A DNA stretch of 64,000 bases from Lama glama (GCA_028534125.1 CM052830.1:14508001-14572000), one strand, 5' to 3'. Counted from the stretch's first letter, positions 11,990 through 25,655 are shown. The notes: generated by a model not told the origin, from the sequence alone. Program-made: numbers and translations.

Positions 11990-13905
11990 ATGACATGAAA
12001 TATAGACATTTTCAGATAAGCAGAAGCTGAGAGAATTCATTCTCAGCAGACTTGTACTACAACAAGTGCTAAAGGTTATTTCTCAGGCTGAAGGGCAAGG
12101 ATATTAGATTAAAAACTTGAATTTGCAAGAAGAAATGAAAAGCATCATATATGGGTAACTATAAAAGACTATATTTTTTCTTTCAATTCCCTTAAAAGAC
12201 AACTGTTTAAAGCAATAATAATAGTTTATTATAGAGTTTAAAACATGGAGAAATAAAATGTATGACTATAATAGCACAAGGACAGGGAGGATAAATAGAA
12301 TTATTTTCTTTTTAAGTAATACATTTTATGAGAATTGGTATAAATTAATTCTAAGCAGAATATGATAAATTAAGAATATATATTATAATCTTCTAGCACT
12401 AAACAGAATATTACAAAGAGGTGGATCTAAAAAGAAAATACAGGAAATAAGATAAACTACTAAAATATTTGATTAATTGAAGGCAGAAAATAAGAAATAG
12501 AAGAACAAAAAACAGGTAGGACAAATATAAAACAAATAGAAAGATGGTAGATTTAAACCAAAGCACATCGATAATTACATTAAGTGTAAATAAACTAAAC
12601 ACTACAACTAAAAGGCAGAGATTATCAAATTGGGTAAAAATGACCCAAACCTATACTGTCTTAAGAGACACATTTTAAATTTATAGACACAGATAAAACA
12701 AAATGATGGAAAAATACATGATGTACATATAATATAGATAATAAGATGAAATACAAAGGAAAATAAGAACACAAGAAAGCTGGTGGAGTCATCTTAATAT
12801 CAAAGTAGGCTTCAAGATGTGGTGTATCACTAAATATAAAGAGAGAAATTTCATATTGACAAAAGGGTCACTTCATCAAGAAGATTTAGCAATCCTACAT
12901 ATGTACACTTAGTAACTATATTGTTTGTTAGGGCTGCTGTAACAAAGGATCACAGACTGAGTGGCTTAAACAACAGAAATTTATTTTCTCACAGTTCCAG
13001 AGGCTGGGCGTGTGATATCCTGCCAACACTAGGATATCACACACCCAGTGTTGGTTCCCTCCAAGGGCTGTCTTCTCCCTGTGTCTTCACATTGTCTTCC
13101 TTCTGTCTATGTCTGTGTCCAGAACACTATGTCTAATAACTTTTTTTGCTAAATATATATATATATTTTATTGAAGTATAGCCAGTTTACAACATTGTGT
13201 GAATTTCTGGTGTACAGCATAATGCTTCAGTCATACATGAAAATACGTATATTCATTTTCATGTTCTTTTTCACCATAAGTTACTACAAGATATTGAATA
13301 TAGTTCCCTGTGCTATACAGTATGGACTTGTTTATCTATTTTATATCAATAGCTGTTTATATGCCTGGTAAACATATGTACATTTTTTTTCAAGGACACA
13401 TGAAACATTCACCAAGATAAACCATATGCTGGACCATAACGTAAATGCATATTAAAAGACTGATGTCTTGTGGAGTATGTTCTAAAAGAAATATAGAAAA
13501 GCCCCAAGTATTTGGAATATAAACAACACAGCACTAAACAACTCATGAATCAAAGAAGAAAGAAATTACAAGAGAAATTGTGAAATATCTTGAATTGAAA
13601 GATAATAATATAACATATCAAAATATATGGGAGAGGGGTAAAGCTATGCCTAGAGGGAAATTTATAGCTTTAAATGCTTGTATTACAGAAGAAGAAAAGT
13701 TTTGAATCAATAATCTAACTTTCCACCTTAAGTAGCTGGAAAATGAAGACAAATTAAATCCAAAGTAAGAGGAAGAAAGGAAACAGCAAGATGGAGAAAG
13801 AGAAAATAAAAGTGGGGCCAGGGTAAAGGCTATTTGGTGGTTCCTTACACTGTTCTTACAGATTTTCTGTATGTTTGAAATTACATCACAATAAAAATTT
13901 AAACA
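11990..13905 (+). mobile_element. Old L1 ORF1-end/ORF2 endonuclease region, with a nested MLT1 fragment (~12920-13130) and a minus-strand L1 3' end (~13165-13350)
   Basis: Contains aaaaggcagagattatcaaattggg and gggaaatttatagctttaaatgcttgtatta. Confidence 0.75.
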
Positions 13906-16900
13906 AAGTGGGTGGAATGTGCAAACTGATGATATTGAACGGTTCAAATTTTGTTCAAGCAAGATTGTCTTTTTCTGCTGAAATGAAGACCGGAGGGGGA
14001 AAGATACGGGAAGGAATAAAAGTTACGGTTGAAGAAATTGGAGGGTTGAGTCCTTAGATGCATCACAAGGATGCACCAGGTTTCCATGCCAGTTGGCGTT
14101 CTCTCCTTGATGTTTCTTGCACTCAACACTTAAACTCCTCTTGCAACTTTAACCTAAACACCATTGTGAAGCCAAGTTTTTCTTACAGTGTTATGGGGAA
14201 GAGGATTAAGTTTTACAGGGAGAGAAGACAGGCGTTTAAATTTAGACGTGGATGAAAGCAAATCTCATATTGCATCTGAATCAGAAACGAGGCAGAGTCC
14301 TTCTTTATTCTAAAAGCCAACAGCTGCTCAGAGACAAGCAGATTGAACCACTTCCTCCCTGCTCAGAAATTCTCAGAGGAGAGCGCACACACGCACATTT
14401 ATATACACATATGGTTAGAAGAACAAAGAAAAGGAGCACAAGGAAAAATAATTCATTGATGATGTCATTTGCAACTTCAGTGCACAGTTATATGTTTCAT
14501 ACCACATGATTTCCTGCAAAAAGCATGTTCATGAGTCCAGGCAATTCTCTCAAACCAGGAGGTTAAGGATTACATTTAGATAAGCACTACCCAACCAATT
14601 AAGACAGACTAGTTATTTTTTTTTAAAGAGAGAGATGTTACTTCTTTTTTAGATTTTTATTGTGAAAAATTTCAAACATATGCAGAAGAATAGTGTAATG
14701 ACCCCTTTACCCACCCATCCCCCAGACTGAACAATCCAATTACACTGAGTTGGAAGAAATCATAAAAGAAAAAGTCTGCAGTTTGGGATACAGAGCAGGG
14801 CATAGTTAAATTTAGCTTTACTGGGAACTTGCTCCAACTTGATTAATCAGCTAATCAAAGCTCTTTGTTTCATTTCAGTTTCCTTATCGTCATCCAGAAA
14901 GGCTATTCACCACTCACCAGCTGCACCGAGTTTCTGTGGGTCCCGGTCAAATGCTCATGCTCTGTTTAAGATTCTTTGTCTTAGTTGATCCCTTGTTGAT
15001 CAAGAGTTGGAAAAAAGATGTGATATTATTTTCTATACTCAGTCCACCACGTTGGAGATGGTGGCAGGGTGTCTGCATAGGCAAACGGAGCTATAAACCG
15101 GGGTCTCGGGTGAGAGCTCTGGGGCTGGAGATCTGTTAGAAGTGATAGTCCCTAAAACCGGGAGACCGTGTCAGGTAAGAAGGGTGCGAAGGAGAGGAAG
15201 GCTTGGGTGGAACCCTCTGGAACACTCCCATTTAGGTTACAGGAGGGACACGCAGCAGCTGGGCCATGAGGCACACAGCTCTGGGAGAAAAGGAGAAGAG
15301 AGGGGTTAACCACACAGGGGGACCGAGGGTGCTAAAGTCCCTCAGAATGAGGCAGGGCAAGGACATGGCACAAAGCATATGAGGCAGAGAGAAAAATCAC
15401 ATTTCTGTCTGGTGCATCTCACCCCCAACCCCCGGCCCCCTCCCGGTATCTTCCACTTCTGGAATCCCTAGTCTCTGGAGGCGACACTGCCCTTGCTCCT
15501 TTTTCCCAGTTCTTTTCGCACCTTCTTCCTCCCCTCCCTCCTGGACTAGCTAATTCCTACCCTGAAGTCAGATCTCAGCCTCCAAATCTCTTTTCTGACC
15601 TTCCAACGAGATCAGATCCCACCATTACACCTTCACGATACACTAGCCTTTCCGCTAGAAAACGTTTACGTTGTCATCGTGTATTTTCATGACTCTTTGA
15701 CTAATCCTACGTCCCCAGGTAGACAGGTCACTCCATAAGGGCAGAGACCATGCCTGGGCCATTCACGAAGTGTCCACCAAGTGCCCACTTCAGGGTCTGG
15801 CTCAAGCTGTACTCAGTCGAGATTGAATGAATGAATGATTGAGGGCAAGCAGGTGGTGGCACATTCTCAGGACTCGAGGCCAAATATTCTTTCTGGAACC
15901 CCTCGGAAGTTCCATCGGATCATCTGCAGTTCCTGCTCACAACCCTGGGTAACGCTGACTGTTACTGTCTCCTGCCACTGCTCCCGTGGCCAGTGTCCTG
16001 AGTCGGGCCAGCCCAGCCTCCTGCTCTCCGGCCTCAGCTCTGCTCTGCAGAGATCGCTGACCATGTTGCTGAGAGCTGTTCTGGGGGACTGATGAGGGTG
16101 GAAGCCAGACTGAAAAGAGTGGGAGGTGAGGAAAGGGAGGCAGTGGGTGTAGACAGCCTTCTCACAAGTTTGGCTTTGAAGAGGAGGAGAGGATTAGGGT
16201 GGTGGTTGCGAGGAGCTTTGTGGTCAAAGCAGAGATTTTTTTTGTTTGTTTTTTAATTTAGGGAGTGATTTAAATATGTTTAATTGTCAGTGGGAAGGTT
16301 CCAATCGGGTGGCACAGGTTGAATAATTCAGTGTGAGGAAGGATCCAGAGAGGAAGAGTGAAGGCACTTCTAAGGGGCACACGGATGTTAATAGAAGCTC
16401 TTTCGCCTCACAGGTGGCTGAGGCCCCGACAAGGGAGGCAGCCGCTCGTCCCGCCCAACGTGGGATGCTGGACCACTAAGCACGAGTGGGGAGGGAAATG
16501 TCTGAGAACTAGTTCTGAGTCAGTATATTGACCGCCCACCTCCAGCTTATAAAGCGGATGGATGAAAAGCCCAAGGGGGAGGGGACCAGAAATTATGGAG
16601 GAGTTTTCTGGAGGAGACACTTGTACTGCAGAGCCCACCCCTAGTCGCCTCCGTGGGAGGAGGGAGGTATGCTTCCTGTTTCTTCCAAATCAACAGAGGA
16701 GGGCCACCTGGGGAACTTGAGGGGTGGTCCCTCAAGCCAGGGGGACACAGGGGTGACTGAGGCACACCTGGAAACCTACAGGGGAGGCTGTGGCTGTCTG
16801 TCAGTGGCTGGGCTTTTCCAAAGCGCTTTATTTGAGAGGTAGGTGAAGGTTGGTCCTGTGGGTGCACCTCCTGTGACCAGAGGTTGGTCTAGATCAACAG

Positions 16901-18972
16901 TTTGCATGTGGGTGACTTTATGCCCCAGAGGACATTTGGCAATGTCTGGGGACATGTTTGGTTGTCATGGTGAGGAGGCTTATCTAGTGGACAGAGGCCA
17001 GGGACGCTGCTACACATTTCACAGCGCATAGGTCGGCGCAGGCAGAGGGGAGGACAGGGTGGATTTGGTGTTGGGAAGCTGAAGAAGTTCCCATAGGAGG
17101 GGCTAAGCTTTTTCTGTGGAATAAGATATTCATCACCTGCCGGGAATGAGGGGGATGGGAGGGCCATAGAGATTTGAAAGAATGAAGAATTGAAATAGTC
17201 TCTGGGGAGTAGGGGAGCTAGGAGACACAGTAGGGTTGCCAAACAACATGTAAGAGAATGGAGGGGTCCAGAGGCACAGGCAGGGCAGATTCCGGGGGGC
17301 TGCCCAGGGGTCCTGCAGCAGAGCCTGTGTGCCCAGGCCTGCCCACTGAGCACTACTGATACCCGAAGTGGCACTGAGGGCCTCCGTGTTAGCAGTGCCG
17401 TCCTCTTTTGTTGCTGTAGCTAACAGCTGTCCACTAGTCCAACTTGAGCATCCCTCACTGGCTCACATGATGAGTCAGTTCCTTGATCAGGACAGGCCCA
17501 GTAACTGCAGGCAGCTCTCAGCCTCAATTGCTCCCATTTGCCTTTACAGAGGGGAGAACATTCTGACTTGTACCTCATAAACGTCACTGAGCATGTCTCT
17601 CCCTGCCGTGTTCTCGGTGCTCCCGCCAGAGTGGTGAGATACGGAGGCAGGACATGCAGCCCTCGTTGGCTCTTACGCAACAGCTTGGTGCTACGGTGGT
17701 CAGCAACAGACACTGACTTCGCCACAAAGGAAATTCATTGGAAGGATATGGAGTCTCTCACAAAATAAATGGAGAAGTTGGAGAACCCAGTCTGAAAAGC
17801 ACAGGGACCAGGGAGGCCTTGGGGACACAGAAGCACGACCTGGTTGATAGTCTCATCTGGCCACTACGGGGGTGCATCAACCCTCACCTCTTCTCTGCTT
17901 TTCTTTCCCTCCATTCTAGAGTCAGAGTTCAGGAGAGAGCGCCTCGGTAGGCTCAGTGTCCTCCCACCCCAGGGAGGACAGACATCATTTTCTGATTCTT
18001 GTAGGTAATCAGGGTGCTATTCCCAGAATCCAGACAGCAGAGGCAGGACTGAGAAAATAAGACTTAGGGACCTCCTCAGCTCTACTGGGAGAAGGTTCTG
18101 GATGCTCATTTCTTGGAAGACTCTCCACAGTTCTCAAGAGCCCCTCCTCCATGATAAAGATTCCTAAACTCTGAGTCTCAGACACTCTTGCCACTCGGAT
18201 GCAAACAGAAGATTGCATAACCATTTCAGGGTGCTGCTGGGCTCCCAGTTGAGTCCCTGCTTGGCAAGTCTCTTGTCTCCTCTTACCAGCCTCTGTCTGG
18301 CTCAGAGGCAGGCCTCATACACCATCCTGCTGGGGACATGCAATTTAACCATTTCATGCCCACGGACCCATGTGTTACATAAGCAGTGCCCTAACCCTCC
18401 TCTTAATCTTGTACATTTTTTTTTTCCTAAAAGGGCAAAACACTATTTTAGTCACTGTTTTGCGGAGAGAAAAAGTCCTGTTTGTCCTCATGATTCATTT
18501 TGGTGGTTTTTGGATGTTGTATTGATTCATGACGACTCACTCAGCATCTGGTATGAATTAAATGGGACTTTCTCTTGGTGACAGTAAAATGAAAGATCTT
18601 AAACAAGGCTGACATTAAAAAGAGGCCTGGTGGGAACACAGGAGTTTGAGCAATCTTCAGGACTTGAGTCAGTTCAAGCAGATGCCGTACAGTGTCAGCA
18701 AAGTGAGCAAAAAAACCAACCCGCCACGTGGCTTTGGTGTGGTGCTGCCCTTGACGTAACGTCTGCTCCTCGCTTTCTTGCCGATGACTCTTTGTGGGTC
18801 AAACTGCTTCCCGCAATGTGTTGTGTTGTTTTATTCTGCAGCCATTGTTCCAATAGACACAGCGGGAAATAGAGGCAGGAAACTGTCATGGATGTCACAT
18901 TAGGGGCCAGATTCTCTCTGCTTTGTTCCAGGATGTTTTCTGCAGAAGCCCAGAGGCCATCCAGTGGTTCTT

Positions 18973-19105
18973 TTGGGGGGGGGGCGGTGAGGGGAGTAAT
19001 TAGGTTTATTTATTTAATTTATTTATTTAATGGAGGCACTGGGGATTGAACCCAAGACCTCGTGCATGCTAAGCACGCGCTCTACTACTGAGCTATACCC
19101 TCCCC
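18973..19105 (-). mobile_element. tRNA-derived camelid SINE (Vic-1-like)
   Basis: tRNA-Ala-like head with A/B boxes; 16-bp TSD ccatccagtggttctt (18957-18972) / ccatccagcggttctt (19106-19121). Confidence 0.9.
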
Positions 19106-19110
19106 CCATC

Positions 19111-19323
19111 CAGCGGTTCTTAATGGGGGATGATTTTGCCAACCCAAGGGGATCTGGCAATGTCTGGAGACATTTTTGGTGCTCAGAGCTGGGAGGGCGC
19201 TACTGGCATTTAGCGTGTAGAGGCCAGGGATGCTGCTGAAAGCATCCTATAATGCTCAGGACAGTCTCCATAGCAAAGAATTTTCCAGCCCCAAATGTCA
19301 ATACTGCTGAGGTTGAGAAACTG
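19111..19323 (+). mobile_element. MER20 hAT DNA transposon
   Basis: cagcggttct...ggcaatgtctggagacattttt...gaggccagggatgctgct...gaggttgagaaactg. Confidence 0.85.
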
Positions 19324-20514
19324 CTTTAATCCAAACTGACCCCGAATCCCAAATGACTTGATGATTTCAGGTCATTAATTGACTTAATGAAAGGCTTCTA
19401 GTTATGGTAAAAACAGATCTTTTGAAAAATCATGTAATTTCTGTGTTTAAAAAGTGTATCAATCTTGCCTAGATCTTAGTCTCTAAATAACATTCTCCAC
19501 TAAAAGGAATCAAGGTTCCTGAGAAATGGCCATTCTAGGGCTGCAACAGATGAGCAAGGAAGGTATCAGAGACTATGGGGTCAGATTAAAAGGTAACAGG
19601 AGCCAAACTGAAGGCGTTCCCTATGGTCAAAATGGGATGCTTTGGGCATCAAAAAGAATAACGCAAATATGGGAAAATTCATATCTGCAATCATGTGGCT
19701 TAGAGAGGCTTCCTTTATTTTAAAAAACGGCATTTCCATTGCCTCTTAAAGTTAGGTGTTCTCATTTTTCTTTAGTATTATCAACAATAGAGGAAAGGAA
19801 ATTTGTATCATCTTGATTAAGCTCCCATATTAAAGTTGCTCTGGAAAGGGAGCCGGAATGAGGCTACACAGTGATCACACAGTCATCATCAAACAAACCA
19901 TGACTAGGCACATACCCTGAGATGGCTGCAGCTCTCATGTGGGAAAGAGAGTGAGAAAGAGAGTAACATATGAACCGGTGATTGCAGAATGAACAAATAT
20001 GGTCTACAATAGTAGGGTGTGTCAGCTGGAATCGTCCTCTTATAACCAAAAACCCAACTCAAGTAAGTTTAAACAATAAAAAGAAGTTACTGAATCATAA
20101 TCAAGAGATCTAGACAGTGCTACTCAAAGCATGGACTGGAGAGGTCCACAGACTGTTACTGGTCCACAATGAGATATAACTACACTGCTCAAGTCATGCA
20201 CAGTCATCTTAATAGACGTTAAGGCCTGCAAGCCTTGTAATTGCCCAGCTGCGAGACCAAAGAAAGAGCCCGGAGACAGTGATGGAGACATCAATGATTG
20301 GGCAGAGAATCTTACATACCCTAAGCGAAGCCCTGGAGTGACACCTCACCATGTACAGTGAACAGCAGGCAGGACACTGCAGCAGTCTTTGCTACTCGGA
20401 GTTGAAGGTGAGGCAGGGACTGGTCAAGCAGGGAACGTACTACAGAAAGCAAGAGAACAGCCATCTTGAGCGGCCTGACCATAAATCGTCTTTCTAAGAA
20501 CTTCCATTCTTCCA

Positions 20515-20640
20515 TTTTTTAAAGGGGAGGAGGTAATTAGGTTTATTTATTTACTTATCTTTTAAGTGGAGGTACTGGGGATTGAACCCAGGACCTTGTG
20601 CATGCTAGGCAGGCACTCTACCACTGAGCTACCCCCTCCA
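20515..20640 (-). mobile_element. Vic-1-like SINE
   Basis: Same head and AT-rich tail as the other copies. Confidence 0.88.
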
Positions 20641-21099
20641 CTGCCATTGTTGATAATGATAAAGAATCATGAGAACACCTGGGTTTAAGAGGCAATGGCA
20701 ATACTACTTTCTATAAGGGAGGCTCTAGAAACCATATGGTTCATTTTTATTGTATGTCACAAAAGTATCAGTCAACGGGATAATAGAAATATGAAACTGG
20801 AAATGAAAATCAAAACTGCCTTAATCACAGACAGTTTGAGAAACACTGGCCTAGTGTGGTGATTCGAAATCCTGGCTACTCCTTAGACTCACTGGGTGAA
20901 TTTTGACAACTAGTCATACTGGAGTTCATTCTTAGAAATTTTGCTTTAATTGACCTAGGATGAAACCCATGGGTATTTTTAGAAGCTATCTAGGTGGTTC
21001 TAATGTGTAGCCAGAGTTGAGAACCAGTGTTCTGGATTTAAGCTGGCCTCAGATGAGAATTGATATGATGGTCAGGAATGTCATCAAGGACTTGGGTCC

Positions 21100-21780
21100 T
21101 CATAGCACTAAATGCTTGTATTAGAAAAGAAGAAAGAGCTCACATCAGTGATCTCAGTTTCTACAATAACAAACTAGAAAAAGATGAGTAAACTAAGTCC
21201 CAAGTAAGGAAATGAAAGGACATAATAATAAAGATCAAAGAGGAACTCAATGAATAGAAAACAGAAGAACAGATAAAATCAATGAAACCAAAAGCTAGTT
21301 CTTTGAGGAAATGAATAAAATTGATAAACCTCTAGCCAGAGTGACTAGGAGAAAAACAGAGAAAACACAAATCACCAATATCAAGAATATCACTGCTGAT
21401 TGTATAGATATTAAAAGGGTAGTAAGGGTATGTTATGAGCAACTTTGTGTCAATGAATTGCATAACTTAGATGATATGGATAATTTCCTTGAAAGAATCA
21501 AACTACTAAATCTCACTCAAGAAGAAATAGACAACTTGAATAGCCCTACATTTATTAAAGAAGTTGAATTTGTAGCCAAAAAGCCTTCTTACAAAGAGTA
21601 CTTCAGGCCCAGATGACGTTCCTGGTGAACTCTACCAAATATTTAAAGAAGAAACAATGCCACTTTCATACAGACTCTTCCATAAAATCGAAGAGAAGAG
21701 AATATGTCCCAACTCATCGTTTGAGACCAGCGTTACCCCGATGCTAAACTCAAAGACATTATAAGGAAATATATAAAAAT
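21100..21780 (+). mobile_element. L1 ORF2 fragment
   Basis: MNKIDKPLARVTRRK...NLDDMDNFLE...LTQEEIDNLNSP is a diagnostic L1 ORF2 sequence. Confidence 0.9.
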
Positions 21781-22859
21781 CCCGAAAATCCCTACACCTA
21801 CCAAATAGGCACCCATTCCTGAGATATTCATCATTTGTTGCCTACCCCTTAATAGCTCTTTTGAAAAGAAGTTACCCTAACCCAGAACCTAGATCTTAAA
21901 TGACCTTGAACTGTATAGAAGGCCTTCTTCTGCCTGGTTCCAGATGTTTGAAACCAAGGGCAGCCATTTAATTGTGCCTGGAGACTGGCTTAAAGAGGTT
22001 TGCTGGAACCCAATCAGATGCCCTTCTCAGGAGGCTGACCTAAGAGACACAAAGGGAAGGAACACTGGTGTAGGAGCTGAGGATGGAGATTCATATTGCC
22101 TAAGCAGGTGTGGCAGCCATATGGGAACCATGAGGATAAAGGAGATGAAACAGATCCAAGGAGTGGAATGAGGCAGAGGCACAAACATAGGCAGAAACGG
22201 CATGACAGAGAGAGCTAGCAATGAGGAAATACCCTGAGTTTCTGTCTCTCGGGGGCCCAGCTTTTCGGATTCTGCTGGGTTCATGTAAGACCCTTTACAC
22301 GTAACACATGAGTGCCCTCCTGTTTCTTATAGCCAAAACCACCCTGACCAAACAAAATATTCAATAAATGTTAAGTTCTTTCCCTTCCTACAGGCTAAGT
22401 CCTTGGTGTCACTTCTTAGCCTTAGCCTAAGGATACCATGGGCCACCTTCTTCATTCCCAAAGGCCTCAGAGATGTAATTGGATTCACTTTTCTTTTGTG
22501 CATGTTCATTAAAGAAAAAAATGTTCTTATTGAGGCATAACATAGTAAAGAACACAAATCTTAAGTATGCCTGTCAAAGAATTTTTACACACTCACACAT
22601 ACACACATCCTTATGCAACTACCACCCAGACACAGAACATTTCCACTGCTTACAGGAGGTTACTCTTTCTACTCTCTGTGGAGTTGCAGATCAGGTTGTG
22701 AGCAGCTGGTTGCGTGTCCATGCGCTACGAACTGAATTGTGTTCTCCCATAATTCATGTGTTGGAACCCTAACCCCCAGTGTGACTATATTTGGAGATAC
22801 GGTTTTAAAATGTAATTATTTTTCTTTCTCTTTCTGGATGACTTCACTTAGTCATCCAG

Positions 22860-23264
22860 ACGATCTCATACTAAGTGAAGTAAGCCAGAAAGAGAAAGAA
22901 AAATACCATATGATATTACTTACATGTGGAATCTAAAAAGAAAAAAAAAGGACACAAATGAACTTATGAATAAAACAGAGATAGACTCACAGACATAGAA
23001 AATAAACTTATGGTTACCAGGGGAGTAAGGAGGTGGGGAGGGATAAATTGGGAGCTCAGGATTTGCAGATACTAACTACTGTGTATAAAAAACAGATAAA
23101 TAAGTTTCTACTGTATAGCACAGTGAACTATATTCAATACCTTGTAATGGCCTATAATGAAAAAAAATATTTAAAGGTATATATATATGTATTATTGAAT
23201 TACTGTGCTGTGACCAGAAATTAATACAACATTGTAAATTGACTACACTTCAATTAAAAATAAA
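22860..23264 (+). mobile_element. Camelid L1 3' end (5'-truncated)
   Basis: ctaagtgaagtaagccagaaagagaaagaaaaataccatatg... to cttcaattaaaaataaa. Confidence 0.88.
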
Positions 23265-23418
23265 GAACCATTGCAGAAAATCTTTTTATAGACTGCTTTC
23301 ATATGGTGATGTGTAATCATCCCAAATTTGTTTCATTAAATTGGAAAAAGGTACCTGTTAGTAATAATATCACATACAAACAGCAGCGTTATTTATGATT
23401 TAAAAATAGTTAAGACTT

Positions 23419-23542
23419 GAGTAGGGAGGCTACAGCTCAGTGGTAGAGCGTGTGCTTAGCATGCACGAGGTCTTGGGTTCAATCCCCAGTACCTCCATTA
23501 AAATAAATAAGTAAATTAATAAATAAACTTAATTATCCCCCC
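23419..23542 (+). mobile_element. Vic-1-like SINE
   Basis: TSD aaaatagttaagactt (23403-23418) / aaaataattaagactt (23543-23558). Confidence 0.9.
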
Positions 23543-23810
23543 AAAATAATTAAGACTTTACAATTTATAAAAATAAAACTTATATAGAGGGAAAAAGTTT
23601 AAGGATATTTAGTTATCAAAAATCTGGGCAACTTCCTTATTAAATTATATTATTGCTGGGAGAAAAACCATAATTAAGGTTAAATGAAGTTATAATGGTG
23701 GGGCCTTAATCTGATAGAATTAGTATCCTCATAAAAAGAGATACCAGCGCACTCTCCTTCCCTCCCCCTCCCCCCCCCCACACAAAGAAGCCGAGTACAC
23801 AGGAAGGCGG

Positions 23811-23910
23811 NNNNNNNNNNNNNNNNNNNNNNNNNNNNNNNNNNNNNNNNNNNNNNNNNNNNNNNNNNNNNNNNNNNNNNNNNNNNNNNNNNNNNNNNNN
23901 NNNNNNNNNN
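23811..23910. other. Assembly gap (100 N)
   Basis: Run of N. Confidence 1.
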
Positions 23911-25617
23911 AGATGGCCACTCACTCCACTTGTCACTCCTGTGTCAGAGCTTATGTACCAGGGCAGAGAGCTCCGGGTCTCCATCTCTGCAATTGCTCTA
24001 CTTCTGTCTCTAAAGGAGAGTTTTGATGCCTCCGTGATTTCTCTTCCTATTTGTTACAGCAATGCTGCGATGCAGCCCCGTCCTCCACCAGACAGCCATC
24101 CTCCCCGGACAGACATGGTGGGAGGTACGGGAAGGATACACCCCAAACTCAAGGAGGTGGGTCCTCAAGTCTCACTTTTATCTGTTACTTTCTCCAGAAA
24201 TCTTTCCCTGATCCCTCACTTGGAGTTAGATGTGCTTCCCATGGTGGGCAGGGTATTAACAGCCTCTTCTGCAGTCATAAGAATATAAACACTGTTGATT
24301 TAGTTAAAATCGTGATGAACTGTCTTGGGAAGACAAGGAAGGGAAAAGGTGAGTTGATGTGTGTGTGGGATGTGGGTGTGGGAGTGTGTAGGGGAGAGGT
24401 GTGTGATGAGACAGCTTCAGCTTCAGCTTCCAGAGTAGGAAGCTGGAAATCGGGAGATGATGATTCAAATTGAAAAATCAAATTGAAAAACCTAAGCATA
24501 TTATTGAAAATCAGGGCAGTAAATACCAGAAGAACTGAGTTAAGAGCTTGAACTTCGCAGGGCTGAATTAGGGGACTACTGCTATTTAACCGATGTTTAT
24601 TGTACAATTGACCAAATTAAAATCAGGAAAATAAAACAGATCAAATCAGAGCCTCTCTGCCTGGACTAGGAGGGCAGACCCTGGCCCTAGCCCATCCCTG
24701 GCATTCTCACAGCATAATTCAAAACCAGACAAACCACAGTTTCAAGAAATTCCCAGGAACAAGAGAGAATCGCCAAATGCCTTGGATGAGAAACAGCCGC
24801 TTAAACAACAGTCAGTCTCTCTGTGATTCAGGATGAGAGAATTTTGCTGTATTTAGTGCCTACAGAAAAGCTAATGTAGACATCTTCTTTTTGTAGTGTA
24901 TTCAGCACCCAGAGTCTAGAAGAAGCTGGAGTCTCTCTCCCAGGATCTATTGCCTGAAACCTATGAACTGTCATTGTCCCCATGTTTAAGAAGCTGTGTC
25001 TTTTTGAGATGTTTTCCCTGGCTGAAGATGTGCCTTCCTGGTCCTTCACAGAGATGTGAGGAGGTCTTGATAAAGCATGGAGGGAAGAGCTCTGCTCACA
25101 GAGCTGTCTCTGACAATGGGTAGAATTTTTCAGACACAATCTTGGCTAGTTTAAATCAAGGAAACTGCATATTGCAGTTAGATCCTTCCTGGGCCAAGTT
25201 TTTACACAGATTTCCAGCAATGTCAATGCATGGTATATAATTATAGTATCTTTAAATTAGGACGAAGCTGGATGAAGATGCTAATGCAACCTACTGCATT
25301 TAGAAAACCTTTCAGCCTGAATCTTGTAGAACAAGGATGTATTTTCACTCTCTTGTTTCATAGATACGTGAAACACTCGCATTCCCCAGCATCACATGTG
25401 AAATATGTCTTTTTTAAGCCTTAGGAATTCATATATTTATAAAATCTGCAAAAGGGAGCACTACATGTGGGGTCTGCCCCAGGGATTTCCAGGAACACCT
25501 CTTTCTGTGAGGTTTGTAACATGGATGGATTTCTTGAGGTGCGCCCCCAGGGTTTGCCTCTTTATCTGAGAACTCTCACACCCACCGCCATTCCCAAGAG
25601 TGGATACTGACCTCCAC

Positions 25618-25620
<3 letters not shown>

Positions 25621-25650
<30 letters not shown>
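25621..25650. repeat. (CA)15 microsatellite
   Basis: Read directly from the sequence. Confidence 0.97.

Positions 25651-25655
<5 letters not shown>

Larger units (their letters stand above)
22723..23810 (+). mobile_element. MLT1A-type LTR split at ~22817-23670 by a composite insertion
   Basis: The left part ends ...tttggagatacggttttaaaatgtaatta and the LTR resumes at taattaaggttaaatgaag...ggtggggccttaatc. Confidence 0.75.

Noticed and set aside
21311-21616. 101-aa ORF as a host gene
   Set aside because: It is an L1 ORF2 fragment.
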